DNA from: Perkinsus olseni | Lineage: Eukaryota | DNA length: 64,000 nt | Assembly: GCA_013115125.1 (NCBI GenBank) | Contig: JABANN010000091.1 | Coordinates: forward strand, 1-64,000 | Reading direction: 5' to 3' | Shown here: in pieces, positions 24,883 to 36,783 of the stretch | How positions within the stretch are numbered: position 1 is the first letter of the stretch | Layout: each line of letters opens with the position of its first letter | Position numbers and translations under genes: made by a program | The notes under the pieces: generated by a model | What the model was told of the DNA's origin: nothing | What the model saw: the letters and a program-made list of their open reading frames with translations, nothing else | The model's database searches: none

Positions 24883-26454
24883 TTAAACATTCACAGCGAC
24901 ATCCTCTTCCTTAGCAGCCTCACGCTCAGCCTCCGCCTTCCTTGCCGCGTTTTTTGCAGCGACCTTGTTGAAGTAGGGTATCATAGACACCGAAGCGATC
25001 GCGCCAACGATACATAACGCCACGAGAACCATATAGTAGTAATCATAATGGGCACCGGTAACAGCTTCTTCTGAAGGATTTTCCATGTCGAAGTTGGGCA
25101 GCCAGTCCTCGCAGATTTGAAAGAGCGCGGCTGAGAGAACGTTAGAGATGGAAAAGAAACATAAATTGAAGGCGGAAGCAACTGCCTTGAGAGCTCCAGG
25201 AGAGTGAGTAAAAGCAACCTCGTACGAGGTTGAGATAAGGAAGATCTCACCAGCTGCTATCAGCCAGAACTGAGGGATCTGCCACCAAATAGAAACAGAG
25301 AACAGAGGCTGCGACATGACCATGTACTCGACACCGAGGGCAACGAGCAGGGACGCAGCACCGCACAGAGAACCGATGCAGAAACGAACCAGGACAGGAG
25401 GCATTTTACTGTACTTCTTGAGAAGAGGGAATAAGACCGTATCAACCAATATGCTGGTCAAAACCACAGCGATGGGATCAACGTTCTGCATCATCTGGGC
25501 TGGCATCTGCCACCCGAAGAGATTTGTGTCCATCTTCTTGCCCTGAGTTAGGAAGGCGGTCGTCATGTTATTGTAGGCCATCACGAAAGGTATGATGAGG
25601 GAAAATAAAGGCACCAGGCGGAAGAGTGCCTTTGCGTCCCCAATGAAGCCGTCCTTGAAGCGACCACCATTGGACTCCTTGTTCTTCTCTAGAGAGCACC
25701 TCGTGAGAGAGAAGAAAATAACCTTCAAAATCTCCAGCACAGCAGAGCCCTGAGGCTTCGGCTTCACGTAGCGGCCCATCACGTTGCCAACAATGAAAAC
25801 GATAGTTGCAATCACAAAGGCAACCAGAGGGAAGGCGAAGCTTGCGGTGAAGGAAACCGACTCGACCAGTATTGGTGTAACGATACCACCGACAATAGAA
25901 CCAAGGTTGATAGAAGCATAGAAGTAGGTGTAATACCGTGTAATCAGATCTTTGTGTTCCTCAGGATGGAACTGTTGGGCTCCCATGACGTTGACACAAC
26001 TTTTGATACCACCCGCACCAAACGCGATGAGGAAAAGTAGCGACACGTGGATCATCCACGGCTGGCTGATCGAGTGAATCGTAGACAGCGTGAGGAGAGC
26101 CAAGCCCGCCATGTAGACGAAGGAAAATACCAGAATAGTGAGATAGAGCCCTAGAAGCGTATCGGATATGACGGCCGACAGGAGAGGGGTTACGTAAAGT
26201 ATAGCGTTGAACGTTGAGATGTAGGAGTTGGCCGCAGCATCATTGACACCAAGATATTCCTTGAGGAAGATCTGGAGGTTCGGTGTCAAACCATAGAACG
26301 CCAAGCGCTCGCACAACTCTTGCAACAACACGAACATCACCGCCTTCGTCATAGGGTGCTTGTAGTAACGGTACACGTTGCCCGACACATCCGTCCAGGA
26401 GTAGGGCCTGTCACTGGTAGCAGCGGCAGGGGAGGGCGAAGGGGAGCCGACCAT
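24883..26454 (-). CDS. proton-dependent oligopeptide transporter (POT/PTR, SLC15 family), intronless
   Basis: 523-aa ORF with ELCERLAFYG (ExxERFxYYG motif), GAGGIKSCV, FYASINLGSIVG (PTR2 signature), WQIPQFWL..GE and about 12 TM segments. Confidence 0.97.
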   Translation of the reverse strand: MVGSPSPSPAAATSDRPYSWTDVSGNVYRYYKHPMTKAVMFVLLQELCERLAFYGLTPNLQIFLKEYLGVNDAAANSYISTFNAILYVTPLLSAVISDTLLGLYLTILVFSFVYMAGLALLTLSTIHSISQPWMIHVSLLFLIAFGAGGIKSCVNVMGAQQFHPEEHKDLITRYYTYFYASINLGSIVGGIVTPILVESVSFTASFAFPLVAFVIATIVFIVGNVMGRYVKPKPQGSAVLEILKVIFFSLTRCSLEKNKESNGGRFKDGFIGDAKALFRLVPLFSLIIPFVMAYNNMTTAFLTQGKKMDTNLFGWQMPAQMMQNVDPIAVVLTSILVDTVLFPLLKKYSKMPPVLVRFCIGSLCGAASLLVALGVEYMVMSQPLFSVSIWWQIPQFWLIAAGEIFLISTSYEVAFTHSPGALKAVASAFNLCFFSISNVLSAALFQICEDWLPNFDMENPSEEAVTGAHYDYYYMVLVALCIVGAIASVSMIPYFNKVAAKNAARKAEAEREAAKEEDVAVNV

Positions 26455-26466
26455 CTCGAGGAGAGC

Positions 26467-27614
26467 TTATACAATGCTGATAAAAATGATTGGGTGATGA
26501 CTAGTAGTGGAAACTCTAGCGTCATGGTGAAGCTAGAGGGCTATCTTGAAGTACTCAATTTGGGACAATTTTGGTGAAGAAGCTAGGAAAGTCGACCCTC
26601 TGGTTATCTCTTCTCGTGGACTATCAAGCGTCTGAGAATACTGTAGGCGAGCTTGCTTTCCACGTTCAATCTTGGTTGGTTCATGAGCAACGCTGTCGGA
26701 TTATACGCCGTTAGAGGCCTTCTAGAGGGGTATCCAAGTATGAAATCTTCCTTCTGGAGTTGTACAAGTTCTAGACTCGGTAGGTCCCCCTTCCCCGTCA
26801 CTGAGCTGATGAACACACCGCTCTGTGTTCTCTCTGTATTCCCGCCAGTTCTACCCCAAGGTGTCCGCACAGCGAGAGGACTTCGGCGCCATGGTTTGGC
26901 TGCCAGACTCTGGCAGCCTGGCGGCACAGACGACCTGGCTCCTTGTGGGCGCGGGGATAGACGGATCGTGCGCAGATCTTCCAATTTCCAACGTAACAGC
27001 CGAGAAATCAGTCTCAGCCTGACTTCTGCACTGAACACGTTGGTCCTGGAGTACGGTCGTTGAGACATTGTGCGAAGGGCTCTCATAATCAGATTTGTGG
27101 CTTGGAATTGGCATCATGATAGGCGAAACGGCCAGCCTACAACAGTCGGACGTCAGAATCCGTCACTACAGCGGAATTGAATCTACTACCAGCGAAGTTG
27201 ATTTCCGCATTTCGTCAGAATTGAACTTACTTCGGGTGTGCCGGCGAAATTGATTGTACTATCGCGCGTGCTGGCGAAATTGATCTTACTAAGGCATATC
27301 TTGGCGCGGGTGATCGCTCGCCCTGCGAGATTGATCTTACTGATCGCGAAAAAGGCCTTTAAAAGGTGTAGATTTAGACGCGTGTCCTCTTGACGCTGCA
27401 TAAGACTCGCGGTGGACTTGTATAATACTGGTGAAGATGATCAAGGGACGACCATTCATGGAAACTCTAGCGTCATGGTGAAGCTAGAGGGCTATCTTGT
27501 GGTACTCAGTCTGGGACAATTTCTGGTCAACAAGCTAGGAAAGTCGACCCTCCGGCCAGATATCGGAAGGATGCCGCGATCTTCACGCTTCCAAGGATAC
27601 TGAAGGCGAGCTTG
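26467..27614 (+). repeat. diverged direct repeat pair (about 26467-26655 and 27418-27614) upstream of the PTR gene
   Basis: The core GGAAACTCTAGCGTCATGGTGAAGCTAGAGGGCTATCTTG..GGGACAATTT..AAGCTAGGAAAGTCGACCCTC is present twice. Confidence 0.9.
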
Positions 27615-27959
27615 ATGTCTCTTCTGGATATCTCAGCTTGAAAGCTGCACTTTGGAATAGTACAAGCTTTACGAGCTTGTAGGTTATCTTTTCTCTAACC
27701 CTCACATCGCGTCACTGAGAGCGAAAAGCGACGTTCTATACTCTCAACTTATCATTGGTTGTAGCCTCAAATTGAGGCCCGCAGTGACTCGCGAGAGGAC
27801 ATTGTCACCGTCACCGCACAACAGCCGCACAAAGCGCATGGCAGCTTCAAAAGGGGAATTACGACCGTGTGCCGTTTGGATCCGGGGTCGGCAACCGTGA
27901 GAAAAGCGGTCGGCCATTTTATCAGCTTCTCAATCGGTCAAGCTACGCTCCCTCTCACC

Positions 27960-28631
27960 ATGCTCAGCCGCCGGCCCTCGACTCAGGCAGAAATGAACGA
28001 CACCCCTGAGCACTTCTTGTCTTACCTTGGCAGCTACAGAGCAAAGGCCGACGACGGCCATTCCACCGTGGAAGGTGGAAGCCGGGGCCCCGCTTCGAGA
28101 GGCTGGCCCACCCTACGGTTTACCGTACCCTGCGTGATTCTGGCTGTCACGAGTGCGATCGCTCTGTATTATTCGTGGCTTCCGTTCTGGGCCGCATCCC
28201 TCCGAGCACAAGGCCTTTCCCTTATCATTGAGAAGGCGGAAACTACGAGTCCTTTGAGTTGCGACATGCTCACGCTCATCACTCTTGACGACGACTCTCG
28301 GTTGTGTGCCCGAGGGACGGCCGTCTTGAAGGTCACTTCGGCTGATAGTGGGGAGGAAGTAACCATCAGTGGCATGTATGGTGTGCTGTTTGCCGACTTC
28401 GGTGCTTACTTCATGCTCGGCGACTTCAAGGTTGGACCTCAGATTCATACTACAACAACCGTACCATTCTACCTCTTAATGAAAGCAGAATATGATGCTC
28501 GTTTGAATGAGGAGGTCGCGAGGACGAACACCTGCACTGCTTGGCTTACTGCCGAGGTCCGTATTTCCAGCTGGACTTTTCAGATTGTCTTACCGCAAGT
28601 CGTCATTCGAGATTTGAAGCTTTCCCTCTAA
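27960..28631 (+). CDS. hypothetical type II membrane protein (single TM followed by a beta-rich domain)
   Basis: Uninterrupted ORF from ATG 27960 with a hydrophobic segment FTVPCVILAVTSAIALYYSWLPFW. Confidence 0.65.
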   Translation: MLSRRPSTQAEMNDTPEHFLSYLGSYRAKADDGHSTVEGGSRGPASRGWPTLRFTVPCVILAVTSAIALYYSWLPFWAASLRAQGLSLIIEKAETTSPLSCDMLTLITLDDDSRLCARGTAVLKVTSADSGEEVTISGMYGVLFADFGAYFMLGDFKVGPQIHTTTTVPFYLLMKAEYDARLNEEVARTNTCTAWLTAEVRISSWTFQIVLPQVVIRDLKLSL

Positions 28632-29523
28632 TTCTCGTAGCAGTTTATTCATCGTCCCATCACAGGGCACCGTGCAGTGTCTTCAAGAACACGAATGAGC
28701 ATTGTGAAGTGTATTGTGTTCGTGACAGCGTAACAGAGGTTTCAACTTTCAACGCAAATCATCGTCCATCGTGGGTTGCGGCCATCATACACAATGTGTG
28801 ATACATTAGAGTAAAGTTAGACGACTTAACAAGAGTTTTTTTACGCTGCATGGATGAGTGTCAGCAAGAGCGATGAACATGCAAGGAACCTCATTGCGTG
28901 CGACTTATCCTCACAGCTGCCTCGCAGAGACGTCTACCCCAAAGGTTGGCTCAGCTTTTCCCTCACAACCAGGGCATTAAACTTCATTAACTCCAGGGCG
29001 AGAAGGTGGACCTGGGCCTCCCCACGACCCCCTCACTGTGCAAGAACGAAGGGGGCACCTTCAAAGGGCGGTTAAACGATTTCCCTCACCATTCATGCAT
29101 TAAGGCCGTTACAGAATTGCATGTGGACTACAAATTGTGATGACATTGTGTAACCACAACCCGATGAGAGTGTATGTAGCAGCTACATGCTTGCTGCCCT
29201 CAGCCTCAAGGGCAACGCCACCAAGTATTTCTCTCGCCCTCCTACAATGCATCTAGGGGCCTGTGCCAGCGGAGTGGAGACCGTGCTCTGACGGCCGTAC
29301 AGATTCTTCTGTCTGTCACATCGTTCTTCCTCGGAGACGCCTCCTGGGTGATACTCACACTCGCGTCGCTGTGATCGGTTGCTCAATAGTAGTGCACATC
29401 GGGTCGGCTCTTGTCAAGCGACGGTGGCGCGTCTTACGGGCGCGCTGCTCCCCCTTTCTTCGTTATAGACGGTAACTCTCATCAACACTAAGCCTTCAGT
29501 TCGAGAAACTTGAACTAGAGAAG

Positions 29524-31088
29524 TCACTTCTGTTTTCGGTCCACGAGATCGGTATCCTCCTCATCTATCTCGTCCATGAACTTCAGCAACGCCTCGGCCT
29601 CCCGAAACATATCATCCTCTGTGCGGGGCTCTCGCTCCTCATCCGACGGGATGTCCATTCGAACACACTCACGCTCGTTGTCTTGAATTGCTGAAGCAAA
29701 AAAGCGTCGCAAACCGTCATAGACAAACCGACCCACCGTCATAAACTTTGTCGTTCTTCCCTTGGGAGTTGAACGCATCTTTGGGTCCCCGTGGCATCAC
29801 ATGAATATGAACATGATGAACCGTCTGCCCCGCCGAAGGGCCGTCCTGATCACCAGAACGGTAATATAAGCTGGATGCCAACAAACTAGCAATAGCCGCT
29901 AAATCCAATCAATCAGCTCCGGGCCGGATCTCCACCGAACTGGAACTACGATTCTGAGCGTAGTGTATGGGAGTCGTCGTTGCATGGGACGATCCTTGCC
30001 ATGCCTGGTACGGCCATGCTGCCTTCTAGCCTTGGTGGCCTGCTGTTAAGCCGTTCATAGCGACCTCAATATTAGCTTCTCTTACACAATATGCTGAGCC
30101 CACAGCCATACCCGTATCCACTACTTCTCCACATTCTCAAACTACGTGGTAATCCACAGTAGAATAAAGTAGATAAGGTGAAACGCGGTATTTTCACACA
30201 GTATTTCACAACAATTATTTTCACAATTATACAAAATGTAATACAGTATTTATAGACACGAAGACACATGAAACGTCGCTTGCGTTCTCTCTCACCTGTA
30301 CAGCATACGTACTGGAGTCCATCTCGGGGAACGCTCTGAGGAGACACCTATCGACCTTGGTGGCGAGCTGCCATAAATCCGACAACTCAACAGGAGAGAG
30401 TTCATGAAGACGGGCCACTGGTCTACGACTGCAGACCTGAAAAGAAAACGGCATGCTTCAACAGCAACGAAAAGTTGGAGCGAAAGTTGGAATTCCGCCC
30501 GGGAAAACGAAAATTGGCTAGGGGTTTGTCCCATCCTGCGTTACATTCCCAGATTGAACTTCTGAGCCAATTCCCTCTTAAATCAAGGTACGCCGATGGC
30601 GTCTGACTTGCGGACTCAAAACTCGCAAACGGCGACTGCTTCACACAAGGAAATCATTCTTCGACCCAGCCGAGATTCGAGACGCTCCAACGCGTACGAA
30701 ACCCTATGGTGAGTTTAATGGTACGCGGGCGGATAACGCTGCTTCGGGAAGGGTACGAAGCGTCGGAGAGCCAAGGTGTACAACAACTTTCCCAACTCTT
30801 AGCCGGCCTCCCAGGATTGGATTTAACGGGTAAAAGACGAGCCTGGGATGGGTCCTTAAGCTCAGGAGAGGAGCGAACAGCGCTCACTGAAGGCTCACGC
30901 AGACTCTCCCGATTCGCTGGTCGGAAACCCAACCTTACCAGTACATGGCCAGGCACGACAGGCTTCAAGTTAACAAGGGCGTACGAGTGCTCCGTAAGGC
31001 CGAATAGCTCTCGCTTGGACACACTGTACTGACCAAAAGGGAGCTTATCAACAGTAAGAGCCGACAGGAGTGCACGGGATGATGGCAT
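29524..31088 (-). CDS. FHIT: bis(5'-adenosyl)-triphosphatase, HIT family (4 exons)
   Basis: [64 protein letters not shown]|..[17 protein letters not shown]. Confidence 0.95.
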
Positions 31089-31906
31089 AGTCGAACTGAA
31101 CAAACTTATCAAACACAGGAGATGAGCATCGCCAGTCGAAGCTCGACCATCATTCGGCAGGTCACTTCCACTTCAGTGGAGAACTTGAGCCACAGATTTC
31201 ATCGTTACAGCCTCTGAGAGAGGACACGCAGCAACTCTGTGGCCGACGGAGGAGAATGCTAACGACGTCTCCAGTGATGGCGATGGTGTATCGAAGGGAG
31301 GCAAGAGAATGTGTGAGTATGTATAATTATGAAGGCTGCTATAGCCGAGCATTGCTCAGTGCTAAGACATGGGACTGATGCAACACACGACGTAGCTCAT
31401 CCTCTTTCACTCCTCAGAATGGCGCCGCCGAGTCGGGAGTCTTGTTCCGGCGGCAGCAGCTCAGTGAGCCTCACTAGGGGTTTCCCAGCTACTGTTAGTG
31501 CAGATGTGTTCTGCCTCTTTGGTGATAAAAAAAGTTCTACCTCTCCCCCTAAACCTTTTGGTGTGAGACCTCTAAACTTCCGTAGCACTCACTGCAAGAC
31601 CAGTCTCGCACGCCCGACCGAATCACTTTCGCTGTACTAGTTGACCCTAGCCTCTAGCGAGACTCGCCACCAACGCTTAGTTGTGCAAGTGACGGACCCC
31701 TTACTGAGGGCAAGGCAGCTGGATACACCAGCGACTAGTCTGCTTATCGAGCCGCAGCCCCGACACCCTTGGGGGGGGCGCTCTGTGCACAGCCATACCA
31801 CTCCAAACACAACAACTCCGATATGAGAAATCGCTGATCATATTAGTAAGGATAATACTAAGTTGAATCCCTCAGAGCAGAAGCCCTATCCCTACCATCT
31901 CTCGAA

Positions 31907-34835
31907 CTACTCATCGCCATTCCCTGACGACTGGGACTCTGCATCATCCTCACCTTGCAGGGCTGTCGTGGCCAGTTCGCCAAGCAGCGGCGGCGGCTCC
32001 GTGTAGACAGCAGGCTCGCCTTCCCCAGCAACCTTGACAGGAAAGAAGGGTGCCCTCCGCACGCTTCGAGCCCGGCGACTTCAGATCGACCGCGTTATCG
32101 AATCGGTAATTCAAAATGTGATACCATAACAATCGGAACTCACTGGCGTGACTCTCGCCCTCCGTACTTTGCTTCCGGCATGGCCGGTCGCTATACCATA
32201 GGCCCGGTCTAGCACTTGATGGTCCTTCGTCACAAGAGTGCTACCGCCGTACCTGCGACCGGAACGATTTGGTATCCGAGGTCGATGCTGGAAATCCATA
32301 CAAAGATTCCGTGATGAATTTCGTGGCGCACGGTCGGAAAAATAATGCAACAACCCTAGATAACCGCGTATCTTCAAGGAGATAATCAGTAATAACTAAC
32401 TCTTATGATAGAGTAAAACCTTCCGCGTGCGCAATGAGCGTTTCACATGATATCTTTCTTCCATGAACAACACAGAAAGGGTAGATACATTAAAATTGAG
32501 CGGTTTCCAGATTATCTTTTTTGCACGGACCAAAAAGCAATCTCAAATGCATAACAATTCAGACGACCAAAAAGAGCCTATCTCGCCGACGGAGCGACGT
32601 GCCAGGTGCTAGGCAGCGTCCCTGGTGATGCGGCCGCGCAACCTGACCAACTCACTTTGACAGAAGGTCCAAGCCGCTGATCATAATGGCATACGACGTC
32701 GATCCGATCTTGACGATGCCCAGGCCATCAGACAACAACCACGCCACCGGATACAACGACCATGTAACCACCGTTAAATCCGCTATCAGCCGGAACCTAA
32801 GACGGGGTCCGAATTTCGTGGCGCGTGACGGAATCTCACCTCCCAGCGAGCTCTCTGTCACCATGGCTCTTGCTGATGTCCCTCAGTCTACAACCGACAT
32901 ACCAAATCAATGGCACCACCCCCAAACACAGACTGGCCGAGTAGAGGCCTGTCTTAGCCCACCAGGGGGTGATCACGAAGAGGGAACCTGAAGCAGCCAA
33001 GTACGAAGAGAGCGATTGCACTGTCTCCATAAAAATTGAGGTGTGCTTATGCTATCTTCATTGAAGCTTCACCCAGGAAATGAAAAACACGCAATTCACA
33101 TGTTATAAGAAGAAGGGCACTTCACGTCCGGTCATTTCTTCACTTCAATGCTCTGGACAGTTCACTCCAAGCCCAATCTACTTTGCGTTCCAAAACTACA
33201 TCTCATACAACAAGAGAGTAGGCAAATAATGATGATGAGGACGACATGATCTCACCGAATTCGCCGCCAATCCATATCGTATTGGCTACAAGTGCCGGGG
33301 CCACAGCCTTCACCCCCGCCCCACTCATCAACCCTGCACTTATTAGCATGAGGGAAGAGCTGAAAGAAGAAGGCAAGAAAGAGGACTACAGAGTTCCTGC
33401 CAAAGCAGTTAGCGCCAACTGCAAAGTGTATACCAAGACGTGGCATGGAAAGCAGGAAAGAAGGGAAAGTAGGAATGAGAGACCATGCAAAACCAAATTT
33501 CCCCCGGACGTCCTCAGATTTTTTTCGCCAAAAACTGAAGCAGAAAGAGAACTCTTTCGCAGAACACAGGGTTCGTTTTAATACACCGCCATCCTGCTAT
33601 GTGGAGTATCCAAGGTTGAAGCATGCTTCCCGAGCAACTCAAAGATACTCTTACCTCACTATCCACTCTATGTACTTGGCAGGTACCAAAGAGACCACAT
33701 GATGACCCAGCAGAGTGATCCCCGTGAACACAGGGGATAACGCCAGTAACTGAGCACACCGCGATGATAATTTCGTGGCGCAGTGACGCGACCTGCCAAC
33801 TCAGTAAGGTCGAGCATGCTCGACGAGCATATAAACAACTGCAATACATCTTGTACGGCGTAGATTCATCCAGTAGATCGAGAATTTAACATATGAGTTC
33901 ATTACTACAAACAAAACCAATTTCGCAGAACCCTGATAATCCCCTCACCTGAGCCAGATACCCGCAAGCTGTGGTAGCGGTAACAGCAGCAGCGATGTAG
34001 TAGACCGGCCTCCCGCTCCCTACAGGTACCGACCTCCCACGACGTATGAACCCAAAGGACGCTGAGAATAACAGAGAAACGAGATCCAACCAACAAGGAC
34101 ACTCCCAGAAGCCTTACTCATTACGTGGCTTCACAAAAGCTATATAGGAATGATGATAAGACGATACAGTACTTATAGAATCTCAAAAAATTTTCCCACC
34201 AAAATCAAAGCGGAATTTTTCACCCAATCGTTCGTCGAAACCCAACAATCCATTCACACCAACCCTACGCGTTTCCAGTACGACAAACACTCCCAGAATG
34301 ATGTGGTAGTGTGTCAAAAAGGCAAGCGGTAGTCGATTAGTGTCACGATCTGTGATTGTTCGCTATTCCCCATCCCCTAGCACGACTGCCCTACTTTTTT
34401 AGTAAGAACTATTATTTTGCGCCAACCGGCCCGTTCGCTTTAAGCGTTACTCCAGACCCCTTCCAACAGCATAAAACCTCTAGCCCGGTATCCAACCCAC
34501 CCATTATTACCTTTTACCATCACGTACGCAGTAGCAGCCATAATGATATTAGGCACAGTAAAGGAGGCCGCCACCCACGTCAAAGCCATACCAACACTTG
34601 GCAAATTCATATACAGAGTTGATAAGGACGGAGAAATCGACGGTATCTGAGGACCCGTCGCGCTCGCCCGCGTGATCGATTTGTGATACCGTATTACAAA
34701 TGATGACTGTACTAATGCCATCGGTGCGGCCGCGACAGCTCCTCCCGCGAATTTCATCGCCGTCATTGGCGCCGCCAACTTGACCGTGCAAGCCGACAGG
34801 AAGGCCGCACCCAACCACGCCTTGGTAGTCAGACT
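31907..34835 (-). CDS. type-1 (microbial) rhodopsin, 7TM core plus N-terminal hydrophobic extension; 10 exons modelled, true start uncertain
   Basis: Phase-consistent exons 34835-34713, 34646-34518, 34362-34269, 34061-33949, 33749-33655, 33359-33256, 32987-32840, 32796-32656, 32252-32144 and 32032-31907 give TM2 VYYIAAAVTATTACGYLAQL, TM3 AKYIEWIVSSSLML, TM4 LVANTIWIGGEFG, TM6 TVVTWSLYPVAWLL and TM7 GLDLLSKYGG, collinear with bacteriorhodopsin. Confidence 0.9.
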
Positions 34836-35042
34836 CTGAGAGAAAACAAACTCACGAGCTAGAACGCATCCCACTCGACTCGATGCGGCCGAGTTGCGGT
34901 ACGACCAATCTGTTTTCCAAGTGGATGACGCCTATCAGTCCGCGCGTACAATCAATATTACTGAGTTTCACTAGATCCTTTGTTTACGATCAACGGAGAT
35001 AACAACATGCTATCACTAATACTACCAGTTACTCGTCGTTAC

Positions 35043-36693
35043 CCACCCTCGCCAGATGAGCTGGACGACCATCGACTCTACCTTCGGAACTGGACTGCTG
35101 TACACCTGTACTCCTCTGCCCTCCTCCTCCTCCTCCTCCTCCTCCTCACCGAGAGGGGCTATCTCAATCTCCAAGTCCCTCCACACGAAGAAATCGTCGC
35201 TACGGCAGCCCTCCTGAGGAACCGCAACTACTCCTTCAACGACCGCGTATTTAGCAAGTAGTCCGCAGCCAGTATGCCCAAGCAGCTGCAGACGTAAAAC
35301 TCTAATATTCAGCAGAAGTCAAAACGGCTCATCCCTTCACGAAAATCTTGACTAGAAAAGGGAGTTCAATTCTCTGCATGCCCACAACGTCATGAGAGGC
35401 TCCGCAGAGTCACGCAAAGGCCACCCAGAAGCAGTCGGAGCACTCCAGAGAAGTGCTGCGAGCCATGCCGAAAAGAAAGGGGGGATTTCGACTTTCAACC
35501 TCAACTAAAATTTCTTTTGAAAAAATCTCCAGGAAAAATTCACTATCATTTATGCTTCTACTCAAATGTACTACAGTCGTGACGACACGCGGAAACCCAG
35601 GCTGGGACTACGACAGTGTCGTCCATTCGAAACTAAATTTCAAAGAGTACAATATTACCCCTTCGAAGAAGGGCCTCACCTTCGTGCTGAGCTCCCCGTC
35701 CTCCTCCCAGTCGCCCTCCCCTCCTCCGTAAAGCTCCACAACCTGAACAGCCCCATCTGAGAACTCCACTGCCTCTCACCCAGCCCAAGACTGATGATTC
35801 AACCGCAAAAAGCCCTCCACTCCACCGTTACGCATTTCTCAGGCGGAGTAAAACGGACATGCCCATCCGAAATCTATACTATTCCGCCGGCCCTAGAGAC
35901 TATAAACTCATACTTAGTGACAGTGATGCTGGCTGCCAACGCTTGCCACCAGCCCCCTTAAAATGCTCATAGGAGTGCGTAAGCGGGAACTTGATGAGCA
36001 TATTGAAAGCGAAGCTTCACGACCATGGCCGGGCCACCAATAGCCGGCCTCGGTCTTCCGCTAGCGGTTCGAAAATATTCAGTTCACACTACAGATTGCA
36101 CCGTCATAATTAAAAAGCCCGGTCTGAACATAATTTCGTGGCGCGCGACAAAACCATAGGACTTCCCTCAGTATCACCTCTACAGTTCTCCCTTCATCCC
36201 TGCTTGGTGCTCTCCAGACGGCAAAAGTATCGAAGCCCATAAAAGTGACCAACTACCATCAAGAAGGACTTTCTCCTCTACTCACGGCTGCTCATCGCCG
36301 ACAGACTGCGGGCGGCTCAGGAGGTAGAAAAGATCTCTCCCACCTGCGGGTACCATGCAGCCTGGCGAGGGCTATAAGGTTGACTAGACAGATGGGCTGT
36401 CCATGCCGAATAGCATGCTGGCCACATTTCACATATGCTAGTCCGCACAGTCATACAATTTACTTCAACCATGCACAAATCTTTTTTTCTGGGCCGGGGG
36501 CGCCTTCCCTTTTCCCTCCAAAATGCACACCCTATAACTGCCTACAGATCAATCAACTAACGGATAGAGGATTGGCAACGGTGATAGTCCAGTAGACAAG
36601 CAACCGATCTTCTTTTATTTTGAACTAAACTACCATCCTACGGAGACAATAGGCAAAGCCTCGCTCCGCCTCCTCTCCCTCCACAGACTGCAT
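35043..36693 (-). CDS. upstream exons (possibly FHA-like, with a Glu9 tract); either a separate gene or a 5' extension of the rhodopsin
   Basis: MQSVEGEEAERGFAYCL|RGRDLFYLLSRP..; ISDGHVRF..; exon 35213-35043 EGCRSDDFFVWRDLEIEIAPLG(E)9..QLIWRGW ends at a phase-0 GT donor. Internal joins are not fully resolved. Confidence 0.4.
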
Positions 36694-36783
36694 TGAAGGG
36701 TTTTAACGAAACAAGAAAAAAAAGTAACAACAATTTCATATACCGCTCGGGCATGTAAAAAATGATGTAAATAGGCTGGTAAA

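Noticed and set aside
31184-31200. Possible spliced-leader relic (ATCTGTGGCTCAAG on the - strand) upstream of FHIT
   Set aside because: Only a partial gapped match to the Perkinsus/dinoflagellate SL 3' end, and the gene has introns, so chance is likely.
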